Positions 1-13,654 of a stretch of 64,000 nt of DNA are shown here, in pieces. Each line of letters opens with the position of its first letter. Position 1 is the stretch's first letter. Below the pieces are notes generated by a model, which saw nothing but the letters and a program-made list of their open reading frames with translations, was not told the DNA's origin and searched no databases. The stretch is taken from assembly GCA_029717555.1 (NCBI GenBank), contig JAMDHS010000034.1:124001-188000 (forward strand). The letters run 5' to 3'. A program made the translations under genes and the position numbers. This DNA comes from Peribolospora baueri (Eukaryota).

Positions 1-3000
1 CTCGGTGGGATGGACGTACTTGTAAAGTTCGTACGGATCCTGAATGCCGGCACTGGCGAACGCGTCCGCTGTCGCGGTGAGGGCCCAGACCCCGCAACGG
101 TCCATCGATTCCACATTGGCCTCTGGAACACCGAGTCGGCGCGCGTCCCAGCCCGTGGGAATGAGGCCGCCGACGAAACGACTCCAAGGTCCAGCCTTGG
201 AGACAAGTACCTCGGCCCCTTCTCGGAGCTGCACAAACTTCGTGCCGCCCTCTTCGAAGATGTCCACCTTATCGCCGTACTTCGCAAGTATCGAGGCCGC
301 GTCGTCCGCCGTAACTTCGACGCGTTCCATCTTGCCGCACAAAGCCACTGCAACACGGTGGAGGGTGGGGTGAGACAGCAAACGAAAGAGCTTGGCTTCA
401 AACGTACATCTGCTGCTTACCTTGATGGAACATCTCCTTCTTCTCAGGATCGTAGCCTCGAAGAAGGCCAGGCTCGAGCTTGCGAATGCCGCAACGTTCC
501 TTGATGGCCTCGCCGAACCGTTTGCCAACGTCTGCGTCGGCGATCGGCTTTCCTGATTCGCGCTCGACCCAGCCTACGTAGTCGGTACCGTCAGCCAGAC
601 GATCGTGGCAGAAGCGAATGTGACCCATCAGGAAGGCGAGCTCGATGTAGCCCTCCATGGAGAAGTCTCCCGAGCTTTCCATCTCCCAGCGTGTGCGCGC
701 AGAGCCCCAGGGGCCAATCTCGGAGTATCCAACGACGACCACCGTCTTTTGCAGATCGACGACGCCTTGAAGATCATGGGCGATGGATCCGTATGCTGGC
801 AAGCGCGGGAAATGATGGTTGAAGTAGCTCCTGGCACGTAGACGACGATCGAATATGGCCGCTTGCGACAGCTCTTTCCCGTCGTTCGAAAGGTCTGCTT
901 CGTCGAGCCAGATGGCTCGCTTGCGTGCAGCCTGGTCGTTTATGCTTTGGCGCAGCGATTTCAATCGGGGGCCCAGGTTGGCGATCGTGTCCATGTTCCC
1001 GCCAAAGTCTGCCCAGACAGGCTCGCGCTTGGTCATGTCGACAACTGCAGGGTGGAACAGACCGAGAAGATTGAAGGCCATTTCCTTGCACGAAAAGGTC
1101 CGGACTCCGTCTTGCATGTTTTCGAACCCAGCGGCGGTGATATTAGTCGCGCTCATCAAGCCGGTGCCTCTCGTCCACCTGGCAAACAAAGGTTAAACGC
1201 CAGAGATAATAGAAGGAGGGCATGAGTGTGGGACAGACGCATATTGCTCGATACGATGTAGCGAAAAAACAAATCCGCACCCAATCACAACTCCGACAAG
1301 CGAAAGGTAGTCTTTCCAACCTTCGCTTTGCCACTTGGACAGCAGCGCCTCCAATCCCAGCTTCGACTCTGCATAGAGCCCGTCTCCGCCAAAGACTCCG
1401 TGGTTCGGTGACAAGGGCAAAAGGACCTGAGCCGGTCGAGTCGTGGAGCCGAGCCTAGCTTTGCACGAAAGCACAGCGCCAAGCAGGCGGACGACGTTCG
1501 TCAACATTGCTCGATGAGCCACTTCGCTCTTATCGTCGATGCCCTCGATTTCGCGACCGTTTTCTGGTATGGCCGCAAATGGAATGACACAGTCCTGGGT
1601 CGAAGGTGACAACAAGAGGCACCTGTCAGTGGGTCGCATTAGGTTGACAAGCAACGACGAGACTGCCTCACTAGGTCGAGGGCTAGCCCTTCCGCAGAAT
1701 AGATCCAGTCAACCAACGCTTGCACGTCCCGTTTCGAGGCTTGGTTGAAGGGCGCTATGACGAGCCTTGACCCTTTCGATCCGTATTGTTTGAACAGGCC
1801 CTCGTAGTAGGATACGCTCTTGGGAGAGTACGACGACGTGGTAACGATGACTTGCGCGCCGGCGCCTAGCAACGGCTTGAGCAGTTCGCTGCCGATGGAG
1901 TTTTGTCCTGCACCGGTAATCAAGATATTTTGATGCTGAAGGCTGATGCCACTCAATGCGATCTCTGCCATGCCCCTGAAGAAGAGCTTGGTCAGTTTGG
2001 CCGCTCCTCCGTCGTGGTGGTGGTGGGGGTCGGCCCACTGGAGGGACATGGCATTGGAAAGAGACGAAGGGGGAAGAGCGGTCAATGAGTACATATATGT
2101 AGGATCGCCACAACGACTTGATTTCTTTCTATCCCTCCGTATAGGCTCGAGCTCACCTTGAGTTGCAACTGAGGCTTCTGCTCCGGTGGAGCACCCTTCG
2201 CATCAGGTGCAAAGTGTACTCGCTTTGACGACGCGCCGGAAACAAGTTTTGTCATCCACTGCAGGGACGAGTTGGAGTTGAGTCGTCGTCTGAGACCGGG
2301 CGAGGGAAGCGGCTGCAGGACGTTGTTCATCTTGGCCGTCGCTCGGTTGTTGTTCGTTTTCGCCTGGCGTCTGAGAGGCGGATTTAGCTCTCGGAGATAA
2401 GCAATGGCAGACTCATCCTTTCTGCGACGCTTCTCGCTATAAACAATGTCGCCCTTGTCCGTAATGTCGATATGCGGCTTGGTGTTGTCGACCTGGGGAA
2501 AGTAAAGAGGGGCAGCGGTGATGGAATGACTCCGTACACGCTCAAAAGCGTCGACAAGCGATGGCTCCAGGTCCGTCCTCGTCGCCAAAATGTGTTCGAT
2601 ATCTTCCTTCAGCGTTGGATGGAGCCTGTTGCGAAGCATCAGAAGCATGTGTTGACGATCCTTGCCCTTGATGCCGGAGGAGCCGGAGGACGTGAGTAAA
2701 CAGAGGTCTTGACGCGCCCAGTTCCAGTACGAGTCGAAGACGCGAGCTTTGGCTGGCGCAAAGACCGAAGCGATGGCTTGTGTATAGTTCTCGCCATGTT
2801 CCTCAGCGACTGCGTCGATCTTGGAAGTCAGATCGGAAATTGTCTCGTCTCTCAGCGCCGTCTCCTTCGCCGCCTTGCTGACATCGCGACCGAGATAGTC
2901 GGCTAAGAGGTCAATCTGCTTCGCGCTCATCTCGTGGTGTTTCCTCTTCATCTCTTCAAAGTCGGCGCTGTTGACAGTTGCTACCTGGCCCGAGCCGGTT

Positions 3001-6000
3001 GCTGTGGCGTCACTAGCTTGGGCCAAGGTGAATCCGGTCTCGTGGGCATACGCTTCGGCAACCTGTGTCAGCCATGCGAGCGCGGCTTCCTCCGAGTCGA
3101 TTCTGGCAGGTGGCTCATGTGAGAGCATGAAGAGCAGGGCAGCGTTGGTCCGCATTGGGCCGAACCCGAACCTGGACGACAGTCGATCCTTGATGGCGCT
3201 GAGACTGAGCTTTGCAGGCATCTTTCGGCTCACGAGACGTCCCAGCTGAGAACTAGAAAATTTGCCCGGCGTTCCGGCGGTGGAAAGGGCTGCAGCGACT
3301 TCGGACAAGTCCTGCTCCTCTGCCCGCTCGGGCAGGCTTCCAAATTCTGCCTCGAGATCGCCAACGATTTCGTTCTGAAGAGTGGACTTGCCGTTCGCCA
3401 GGGCCTTGATTGTGGTGTCCGCAACAATTTCTCCAACGTCCTTCTTCAACTTGATGGCGACGAGAACCCGCAGGTGGTGGATGGCACTTAGACTTTCGTC
3501 AGCGATCGGTGCTGCAGGTGCCAGAGCCGTTTTCTGGATCGCTGGGGCCATTGTGGCGGCTGGAGGGGCCAAAGTCTCCTGAGGGGGTGTCGCCGAAACC
3601 TTTGCGTCGACGGTGGCCTGACCAGACCCTTTTCCGGCTGCAACGTCGGCACCACCGTCCATCGAGTCGGGCGCGCTGTGATAGATGATGGCCTCATCCG
3701 TGCTTTGGCAGAGGAATCGGCGGGACTGGCCTCTGCAGTTATCGCTCTCCTCGAATTTCGCCTTTACTGTGCGGCGAGCCATGTTGCAAAGGATGGGAGA
3801 AGTTCCAACCTCGATGAACGTCTGGCAGTCGTATTTGCGGAGGAGCTGGTCCTGAATCGTCACCCATCTGACGGGCGATGCGATCTGATAAGCGAGCAGC
3901 TCGAGGAAAATCTCGCGGCCAGTCACTTCCTTCCAGTTGGGCGAAGACTCTGGAAGGTGATCCCAGTGGCGCAAAATCTCAGCCAGCTTCGGCGAGCCCG
4001 TCAGGTCGTATCCAAGGGTGACGTATTTTTTGGATACCGCGAAGACTTCGCCGGTCACGCTGGGGAGATACCTGCCCTCTGTTCAAGCCGAAAGGAGCTC
4101 GTCAGATTCTGTGCTCACAGGTGAAATCCTCTCTGACTTACCCAACTGTCCGAGCTTGAATTGGTCTGCGGGGAGGTGCTTGCTCAAGAAGTTGCGGAAA
4201 GGCTCCACGCCAGGCAACATGTGTCTGGAGTGGAACGGCATTTCGATGCCTGCTAAATGGATGGTCTGCTCGGTGGGGAAATAGAAAGATATCACGACTC
4301 AGATTGAGCTGCTGGAAGCCAACCGAAGAGAAGCAAAAACGCAGCTGTAATAGACAATGCTCACCGCCTTGCCGTTCGTCGGCGCAATCCAGCCTTCGTC
4401 CTTCGTAGCCTCAACAATACTGTCCCATGCGGCCTGGCAAATTCCCTGATATAGGGAGTTGTCCTTCGCGTCGTATTTGCTGAGCTCATCGAGAGCGTCC
4501 CCCATGGCTTGCAGAGCTGTGATGTGACCGGCCGCAACGTACTGAACAGGCAAGACGACAAAAAGTGAAACGAAAGATAAGCGCAAAATTTTGCTATCAA
4601 ATTGTCGCGATCACACTCACTTGCTGATCCTCGACGTTGAAGTTGACCAGCTGGCAGAGTTGTCCGGAAATTTCCGATATGTGCTTCACCACTTCCGCCA
4701 AATGCTGCTCCCTGAAACCTGGAGCGACACGACTCGGGTTGACGGCACACATCCCGAATGGAGAACGACGACGTTCGTCGCGGACGAGCCCTCGCTGCAT
4801 GAGCAGACCACGGTAATACACGATGTCCAGGAGGGCTGACAAAGGAACAACCCTGGCTACGCATGCAACTGTAGGCCAAGAGCGGACAATTCGTTGATTC
4901 AGCGAAATGTCACGAAGAGACTAGAGTAGGCGTACTTACGAGCTGCGAATTCGCCCAACGAGTGTCCACTGAACATGAGGTCGGGGTGCACCAATTGTCT
5001 CTCCATCATGTCCTCCCATGAGGCACATGCGAAGGTGACGAGGGCGAGCTGGGCGAACTGAGTCAGGAACAAGAGGCCTTCTGGAGAGGAGAAGGAGAGT
5101 TCCGTTGTCCGATTCGTGATGTCCGGAAACAGGCGAACCTTGTGTGACCTGCTGCTTTCCTCGTCGTACACTTCGCAAGTCATCCGAAGATAACGTCGGC
5201 GGAGAGCGTCGCCCTTCATGCCACGGAAATAGATGGTTTTCTCCTTGGGGTTGTTGCGCACAACGTCGTGTAGAGAAAACCCGTACCTCTGCACGCAGTG
5301 GTGGTCGGCAGCATCCCACACGGCACGAGCGGCGGGAGAAGTCTTGTATTGTTCTTGACCCATGCCCTTGGATTGCGAGCCTTGACCGGTAAAGACGTAA
5401 GCGGTCCTCGTGGCACGGACAGTTGCCGAGCCACGAATGACGGGAGACCCTTCCTTATTAACACCTTCGACGGTGATAACTTTGCTACCTGAACGCATGC
5501 CGACGTGTTTGACCTCAAACGACAACTCTTGAGAGGGGAACACCATGTCCAGGAAATCGCATTGAAAGCTGAAAAGAGGGCGGGCGTCGATGGGCATGAG
5601 GACGCCATCCTGAATGAATGAAGGAAGGAGCGGAGCCTGTTACGATATCGCTCACCTTGAAATGTCCTCCGTGGAGTTGCCTGTAGCCACCTTCCTTACA
5701 ACATCCGCCGCGACAGCGTTGGTGAGCATGCCGTGGGTCAAAAGCCCGTTCAAGCCAACGAATGCTGCAAAGTAAGGGTTGAGGTGGATCGGATTTGTGT
5801 CACCAGAGCAATCAGCGTAGGGCTCGTTCGAAGCTGGCATTGTGAAGCGGACAGGGCTGGTGTTGAGAGCGTACGGCCCTTTAATGAGCTCGGCGTCCGT
5901 CCCGACGAGATTACCATGCTTGTCCAGGTACACTGCGACCGGGTCCTTCCCGTTGGGCGCCGTGGACTCATATAGAATACTGCCCACTTTGTGACGTTGA

Positions 6001-9000
6001 CCAGTGCTGGAGATGCGGCTCACTTCGCCAGTGTAGCGAAGGGAGGCCTCGCGGCCTCCTTCGTCAAAAGTCCGGTAGCGGTCGACTTCAAAGAACAGAG
6101 GCACGCGGTCGGACAGATGCCGTTCTGAGCTGTCGGCCCACTGAATCCACTTTTTGGCCCGCAAGACGGCTTCTTGCTCCACAGTCGCCGGGTGAACCTT
6201 GTATGTCGTTCCCACGACTCGCTCAAAGCACGTGCCATGGTCGCGAAACTTTCCGCGGAAGAGGAACGTCGAAGTCACCTGCATGACCTCCTCGGCTCCG
6301 CAAGAAACCTTGCATTCAACTGTAACGGTCTTGCCGGCTGGCACGATCATGACGGCTCCGAGCCATGCCCGGGAGGTAACCTTGTCGCCGACTCGGATCG
6401 GCTTGGCTCCAGGAAAAGTCTTCGTTTTGTTCGCCAGGTGGACGAGGTTCAGCAGATCACCGTCGCCGTCGTAGCTAAGCAGAGTACGAGCGATGGCCTG
6501 AGGAACAAGATAACAGAAAGTTCAGTGAGGAGGGCTGTTCCAATATCACTGGATAGCCACCGTGGTGGATGGGACTCACCTTCCAACCCAGCACAATACC
6601 ATACCCGAAACCAACCCGCACACTTCCTTCCTCGAAAAGGTCTTGGGCAATGGCAGAGCCTCCCATGATGTCCCAAGCGTGGTACAAGGCTTCGTGGGTG
6701 ACGTAGGTGTCCATCTGGGACTCCTCCCGCACCCGAAGCGCTTCGGCCTCTTCCTCGTCGGGGGAGCCCATACACCAGAGTTGCCAGTAGAAATCCCTGA
6801 TTCGCTCGTCACGGCCACCCATCTCCTCAAAGATCGGTGCCCAAGGCTCTTCAGGACGGTGGATATAAAAGAGGGGGAGCGCCAAGGGCTTGCCACGAAC
6901 TGTTTCATAGAGCAGCGTGCTGATCTTCTTGCTCTCGTTGCTGTAGGCGATGTCGACCACGAGCGTGCTTTCGGCCTCGGGTCGCAACCTGCCGAAGAGC
7001 TGCACTCTCACCGCGGGCCCATCCGAACGCTCCAGACGCACCGTCTGTCCAGGTCGAGGAACGAAAAGACGAGCGATGGAGTTGGGAACATGGTGTCGAC
7101 CCTGAACAATCGTCGGCGATGTGATGAGATCACAAAACCATGCTGAACCTCGTTCTTTGCGCAGAGCTTTGACCCAATCCTGGGTGAGCGGTTCCCACTT
7201 GGCCAGAGCCGCATCCGGTGATGTCGGAACCGGAGCAGCAAGGACAGCTGGGTCAACGTTGATCAGACGGCCGACTCCGGCGGTTAGGCCTCCCGTCATT
7301 CCATCTAGAATGGACTTGCTTGTCTCGTTCGCCTTGGTGGAGAAGGCTGCCGCTACGGGACCATGCAGAATGCACACACGTTGAGGATCCTGGCCAGGTA
7401 CCGAGTCAATGTTCTCCGATTGCCAAAGCGAGTCCTAGGGATAGAAGAGAAAGAGGCCAACGCAGTTCAGACTCTACCAATCATGCCGTAGCAAACGATC
7501 CCGATGACCCTCACCTTTTTGAAGTACATCTCAAAGTTCTCGTCGAGAACTGGCACAAACGGCACCGGCTTGTAGCCCCGGTTGCGGCAAAGTTGGAGGA
7601 ACCACGCCCTGTCCTCGACGAGGAGCATCTCGTCCTTGCTTCGTGGGAAATGCTCGCCGAAGAAAGTGTCGAGGAACTCGAACGGACGATCGAGCTGGTC
7701 CAGCGAAGAGAGGACCGACGTGTACTCTTCATCTGCCTCCTGGTGCTCCAGGCGCCTAAAGCGCTCTTCGATTCGGTGGAGGATAACGGCCATGAACCGG
7801 CGCCAGGACCCGTCGATCCACCGAGAGTCACTCTCCCGGAAACAAAGTTCGACGAAGCGGTAGGCCAGATCGCCATAGGTAATATCCAGGAGATCTCCGC
7901 ATGCGCCGCCGTTCTGAATTTTTGGGAACCACACCTAACGTAGACAACCCAGGGTGGAGAATCCAAATCCGTGAGCTCCAGTCCTTGGATTCACGTCCGC
8001 TCGTGGGACCACGACAACAAAGGTAAGGCTCACTCACCTTTTGATGATCAGCATTGAGCTTCTGAATGACGTACTGCTTGTGTCGTTCCAGCCAATCGGC
8101 ACGTGGCTTGCCCCGCGGCAAGCTGAATAGGCGCTCGTCGAGTTCGCGCCAGAAGAGGACGGCTCGGGTGGCAAGCTTATGGATCGGCTCTCCGAATTCG
8201 GAAGTGACGGTGATGATGCCGCCGACAGGACGCGAGTAAGTCTCCTCCCACTCGGTGTCCGTGCAACCGGAAGCGGCAACGATGAGGTCCTTGACGGAAT
8301 CGCTCGTTTCGGCCTCGAGGGCGACCATCATTCGACTAGCGAGCAGCACGCCATCAACAGGCATGGGCGGCATCTCGTACGACGTCGACCAATCTCCCGT
8401 GAACCAGGGAATGGCCTCCTCCGCCCGACCGAAACCGCCGCCCACAACGAGGTGGATGTTGGGGCAGCTGCGAATGGAGCCATACGCGCGGATCAGCGGA
8501 TCGTGCATGTCTTCGTAGCTGTGGTGACCTCCGGCGCGGCCGCCGGTCCACTGTAAAATGATCGGGAAACGCGGCCTCGACTTGGCGATCTCGACGACCT
8601 GGCGAAGGGCGGAAAGCGTCCCAGGCTTGAAGCCAACATGCTTCAAACCCGCCGCCTCGAGCGAGTCGATGATCTCGGCGGCTTTGGCGGGCGCTGGAAC
8701 TCCGCCAGCAACCGTGAAGCCCTCTAGCGGATAGCCTTCCCGCTTCATCGCCAGCCATTCCTCCAGTTGCGGACCGAAATGACGGGGGCTGAGGTAAAGC
8801 GAGTTGAGCGTCAAGGCGAGGCCCGGTCGGATGAGCGAGCAAATCTTGTCCACCTTGCGGCGAAGCTGGTGTCGAGTGTAGTGCCCACCCCCGGCGAGCT
8901 CGATGTGGTACCCCGCGTTGAGGACAGCGGCCATGAGGCGCGCGCTAACCGTCGTCGGTGTCATGCCAGCAACCATCACGGGCGGTTTGTGCAAGAGTTT

Positions 9001-11083
9001 GGAGAAGCCCGTGCTGATGGTGGGTTTCCCTGCCGCCGAGTCTCCAATGATCTCTGGACCGACGATCTCCGGCCCGAACGCGGTCTTCCAGTCCACCTGC
9101 CTGCGCACCTGCGACGGGTGGTACACCCAGGGGCCCAACGGCGTGGCGTTCAACTTCTCGCCCACGATCACCACGCGTACAGCTGTTCCCTCGAGGTTCC
9201 GCGCAGTCACGGCACCAATGCCCGAGGAGATACCAGCGCCAAAGTCGAGTGCGTGGCTCACGCCCTTGTCAGCAAACGCTGCCTTGGTGCACGCCAGCCA
9301 GTCGACGGGCGTCGTCAGGACCTGGGTTGCTAGCAGCCGCGCAAGACCGCCCTCCTCGACCTTAACATTTCGAAGATCGGAACCTGCATGGGTGGGGCAC
9401 GCCCATTGGGTACGAGACGTACAGGGCAGCCGGTCAATATCACAGGCGGAGAATCCATTCTGGTCATGAGAATCCACGCCACAATTTCCACGTGTCTCTT
9501 TACTCACCGTCTACGTTGTCATATACGGGAATGCCCAAGTCGCTCGCCTGCCACAGATCGTCCTCTTCTAGGTCCCAATGAATGACTTTGTCTACGCACT
9601 CGTACAGGTGAGGGTTGTGAAATGGTACTGTAATGGGGAGGAAGCGCACGGTAATGTTGTGATACTTGCGCTTGGAGAACGGGACACGCGACTCGTCCGT
9701 GTCCTTTGTCCAACGGACAGCGCGAAGGACCTTGACGAGGCTGTAGTTGACCACGGCCGAGCCGGTGACGACGAGGCCCGTTATTCCGTTGACCAAGCTG
9801 ATGTGGAGCCGGGTGGAGGCTGCAAAATGCCTGTTGACGATGTCGACGTGCTTCTGCAGTTGTTTGCGCTTCAGGCCGCCGACGAAAAGCATGGGCGAAG
9901 GCCGCCCCTCGCCGCCCTCAACACAGTCCTCGACGACATTGGACGGTACGCTGGGAGGAGGTGACGTTTCGTGGGCTCGAAGGCTGAGGTAGAAGAGTAG
10001 CCGAAGAGCCTTGATCGAGTTAGAGGTGTATGATGCGGCGTCAGACGAGGCGGAGATAGCCACGGCGGTGACAACTCCCTGTGAGTGGCCAATTGCGCTG
10101 CGGAACAAGCCCCGCAGCGCGCCAGGCTCGACACCGACGACGCGGCAAGTGACGAGGTACTGGGAGAGCTGCGTCAGACCGATGAGGACGGCAGCGACAG
10201 GCACGGTGGCCAGGTACTCTGACGGGGGGCGGGGCGTCGTTCCGAGCAGCCAGGAGACCGGGTCGAGCCCGTACGACCGATGTGCCGAGATGAGGCCGTC
10301 CTGGCGCGCCCTGGCAACCCAAAGGTTGAGGACGCTGGACATCTGCGCGATGAACGGCTGGAGGAAGCACCGGTAGGCATCGAACATGGCCTGAAGCTCA
10401 TCAAAGTACACCAGGTTAGTCCCTTGGCCACCGAACATGGCCACCAGGCCTACCTGGCCATCGGCAGCCGCCTGGAAAAGAGCGGATTTGGGCGGCTCGG
10501 GAAGAATCGGTGCGTTGGGCATCGCTTGGCGCGAGGTCTCCAGCGATTCATAGTAAGATCGAAGGATTTGCGTCGAGTTCTCCGACCTCGCGGCGAGGGC
10601 ATGGATGCTGAGCTTGGGGGCGACGAGGTAGGTTTGATGAAAGTGCTGGAGAGCGATGCGCAGGAGCTGCGCGATCAGATCGGCCAGGCTGGCCGTCGCG
10701 TCCTCTCTATTGTGGTCGTCGTCGGCAACCCTGTCCTGCCACCTTCTGGCGATAAAGTGGAGAAAAGCGCAGGCCAAGTCAGCCTCGCTCCGGATCTCGT
10801 CGGAGCGCAATCCGCCGAGCGAGTTCTTCGCCTGCCCCTGGCCTTCGTGCGCTTCGCCAGCCGCCTCTCCCCCGCGCCCTCCCTGGTCGTCACTCAATCG
10901 GCTGACGGGATGGATGAGCTCGTATTCGAAGTCGTCACGCAGCGCTTGGGCGAGGCTCCACAGTACGGGGGCCAGGGATCCCAGGGGAACGGCCAGCCTA
11001 AGCGGCAGCTCGTTGTGACGGACGAGCAGCGAGTGCTGCTGAGAGAGAGCATGGCCAGCATGCATGCGGACGGAATTCTTCAT
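1..11083 (-). CDS. Single-chain (beta+alpha fused) fungal type I fatty acid synthase, multi-exon, 3' end outside window (AT-ER-DH-MPT-ACP-KR-KS...)
   Basis: Minus-strand exons carry FAS motifs in canonical order: AT FGGQG/GHSQG (~10085), [11 protein letters not shown] and GGRAGGHHS (~8530), [10 protein letters not shown] (~5800), MPT FTGQGSQ and GHSLGEF (~4960), alpha-type N-terminal [14 protein letters not shown] in frame after the beta C-terminus (~3900), [11 protein letters not shown] (~3385), [12 protein letters not shown] and [27 protein letters not shown] (~720). Start ATG at 11083 is a best guess. Confidence 0.95.
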
Positions 11084-11969
11084 GGCCGATTGGGAAAGTG
11101 TAATTGGGAGAGAGCGGACCAAGAGGAAACAACTGAGTATGAAAGAATGGTGGCGGTACTGAGCAGTGCTGGAAGGGATGGCAAAAGGAAAGAAGGAGAA
11201 GGTGTGGATAGAGAGTGAGCGAGCGACCACGTCGAAGATTAAATCAGCGGCGACGGCGAATGGCATAGCAACGGCGACTGCCGTAGGGTAAGGTCTATGG
11301 ACACAAGGACAGTGTGAATGCGATGGTATCCAGCCTTGCTCCTGACACCGCGCATACTTTCACTCCGTACCTGAAGTGAGAGTAGTGCGCCGGTCCGCGC
11401 TGAGCCGGTATGATTCTGTCCAAGATGAAGCGACCCATGAAGTCGGCCGTAGTAAGGCAGACAGAGATAGCCATGCGGGGGCGCACCGTCACTATGGCCC
11501 ACGCCATCGACACGGGCGCACCGCCTATCAGCCGGATGTGCCATACGCTGATAGAACGACATGGCCGGTCCGATACGGGGCATGGAGGTGGCGGCGAAGT
11601 AGGAGCGTGGCGCGGCGGAGGGACGTCGTGAACCCGGAGTGAACTGCGGCACTCATCCGCAGTAATATTACTCCGGGGACGTCGATCATATTACAGAGTA
11701 GGGTTAGGAGGACGCGACTGCGGCATCCGTCGATCGCTGATCATCGCCCAGTGCCTCGCCCTTACTGAAGTCACCGCCGCAACCTCCAAGGTAAGTATAT
11801 ACTGTGCATACATGACAAACACACTCGTTCCATCAGCAGGCACAGCTGACGCGGCGCCAACGCCTTGGATGCCAACGTCTGGACGCTCCCATCCACGTGG
11901 GCGGCGAAAGCGTCCGCGAGCGCGGCCCGTCGTTCGCCGTCAAGTAGCGAGGCTTGGAGCTCGAGTGAA

Positions 11970-13565
11970 CCCGTAACTTGACTCGGGAGTACATGAGAAT
12001 TCCCTCCTGACAATCACACTCGTTTTATGAGCCGTCACAGCTCACGCGGAACCAACTCCTGGACTCTGGCGCTCTGTTGATCAGTAGTGGATCGTGAATT
12101 TTGACTCGGGAATCGCCCACGGTTGGACTCTGTCGATGAGCCGTAACAGCCCAGGAAGCACCGATACCTGAACATGTCCATCCACGTGTGCGGTGCAAGC
12201 GTCGGCGACAAGGCCAGTTGTTCGCTGTCGGCAAGAAGAAGGAATTGACTAACAGGCGAGCAGAAGCAGAACAGGAAAATTGACCTGGGAGTGTCATGAC
12301 AAGCAGGCTCGGTACCGTTATCTCACGCGGCACCCGCGCCCTGGGCCGCCTCTCTACCACATCGGTGGCGCAACCGTCGGGGACAAGCCTTGGCGCCCCC
12401 CTCCTCGGGTCGGTCGTGGCAGGAAAAATGGGAGGCTTGACCTACAAGCGGGCACGATCCCATCGGGAACAATGACTCGGTAATGCGTGGGGGAACTAGT
12501 AAATTTACTCCTCAAGCCGCAACCTCAACGGCATACACGATAATCAGCCTCGTTCAATATGCCATTATAGCTCACGCAGCACTAACGCCCTTTTCACTTG
12601 AATCCACGTGCGGTGGAGGTGCCGGCGGCGCGGAAAGCGTCTGCGGCACCGCCCGTTTTTTTTGTCATCGGTAAGAAGACAGGGCTAGCCAAGACATTGG
12701 CTCGGGAATGCGTTAGGAAACCAGAAGATAATCAGGTTTCTTCGATATACCGTTGCAGCTTACGCGGCACCAGCGCCCTGGACGTCTTTAATGATGTGGT
12801 TGGTCCAGCATTGGCGGTGTGGCTAGTCGCGTCGGTAAGATGTCAAGGCTGGCAGGAACTCTTGACTCCGCGTCTGCGGTGCGGCCAGTCAATCATCGCC
12901 GGTAAGGAGACAAGATTTGGCCAAGACATGACTCCGTAATGCATTAGGAAATTAGTAGGACACACGACTATCAGACCCTTGTGACGAAGCTTACGCGGCC
13001 CCAGCGCCTTATATCTTTATTCCTTTGGGTTGTGTAACCATCTGTGGCGGGGCCAGTCGCTCGTCGTCGGTAAGATACAAGGCTGGCCAGCAATCGAACA
13101 CGAACAGATTGGGACCATTAACTCCGGAGTGCATTAAGGCACTAGTAAGTTCCTCCTAGAGCCACAACCTCAGCAGAATATATGATAATCAGCCTTTTTC
13201 AATAAGCAGCCACAACTCACGCGGACCCAACGTCCTTTCCACCTCAATCCACGTGCGGCGAAGGTTCCGGCGGTGCGGCAAATATATGCAGCGTAGCCCG
13301 TCTTCTCTCATCGGGAAGACGGCGGGGAAGGCCAAGACATTGACTCCGGAATGCATTAGGAAACTAGAAGGAAACAAGATAATCAGATTTTGTCGATATA
13401 CGGTCGTAACACACGGCGCACCGGCGCCCTTTCCACCACGATCCACTTGCGATGAAGGCGCCGGCAGCGCGGCCCGTCATACGTGGTCAATGCAAAGGCA
13501 GGGCTGAACAAGGCCTTGACTCCGGACTGCATTTAGGAAACGAGAAGGTTACAAGATAATCAGGC
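11970..13565. repeat. Degenerate tandem repeat array, ~190-230 bp units, in the FAS/FSH1 divergent intergenic region
   Basis: Core TGACTC(C/G)G(G/T)AATGCATTAGGAAAC...GATAATCAG recurs at ~12473, 12698, 12929, 13119, 13341 and 13516, with weaker copies at ~11979, 12102 and 12281. Units at 12473 and 13119 share the insert ACTAGTAA..TCCT..AGCC(G/A)CAACCTCA. Confidence 0.8.
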
Positions 13566-13654
13566 TTCTTTGTAAATGAGATTTTCCTCGTGCACTCTCT
13601 CATGCACTCCCGAGTATTGTCCGTGGCGCTCGGGTAAGCATTGAGAACGGAGAT

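Noticed and set aside
1..11083. Separate FAS1 and FAS2 genes
   Set aside because: The beta C-terminal and alpha N-terminal sequences are contiguous in one open frame (ORF 2082-4058); ORF breaks elsewhere correspond to introns.
10280..11218. Long antisense ORFs (also 46108-47073 and 40093-40962)
   Set aside because: Shadow ORFs opposite GC-rich coding exons, with no recognisable motifs.
11970..13565. CRISPR-like array
   Set aside because: Units are ~200 bp and similar along much of their length rather than identical short repeats with unique spacers; eukaryotic context and no cas genes.
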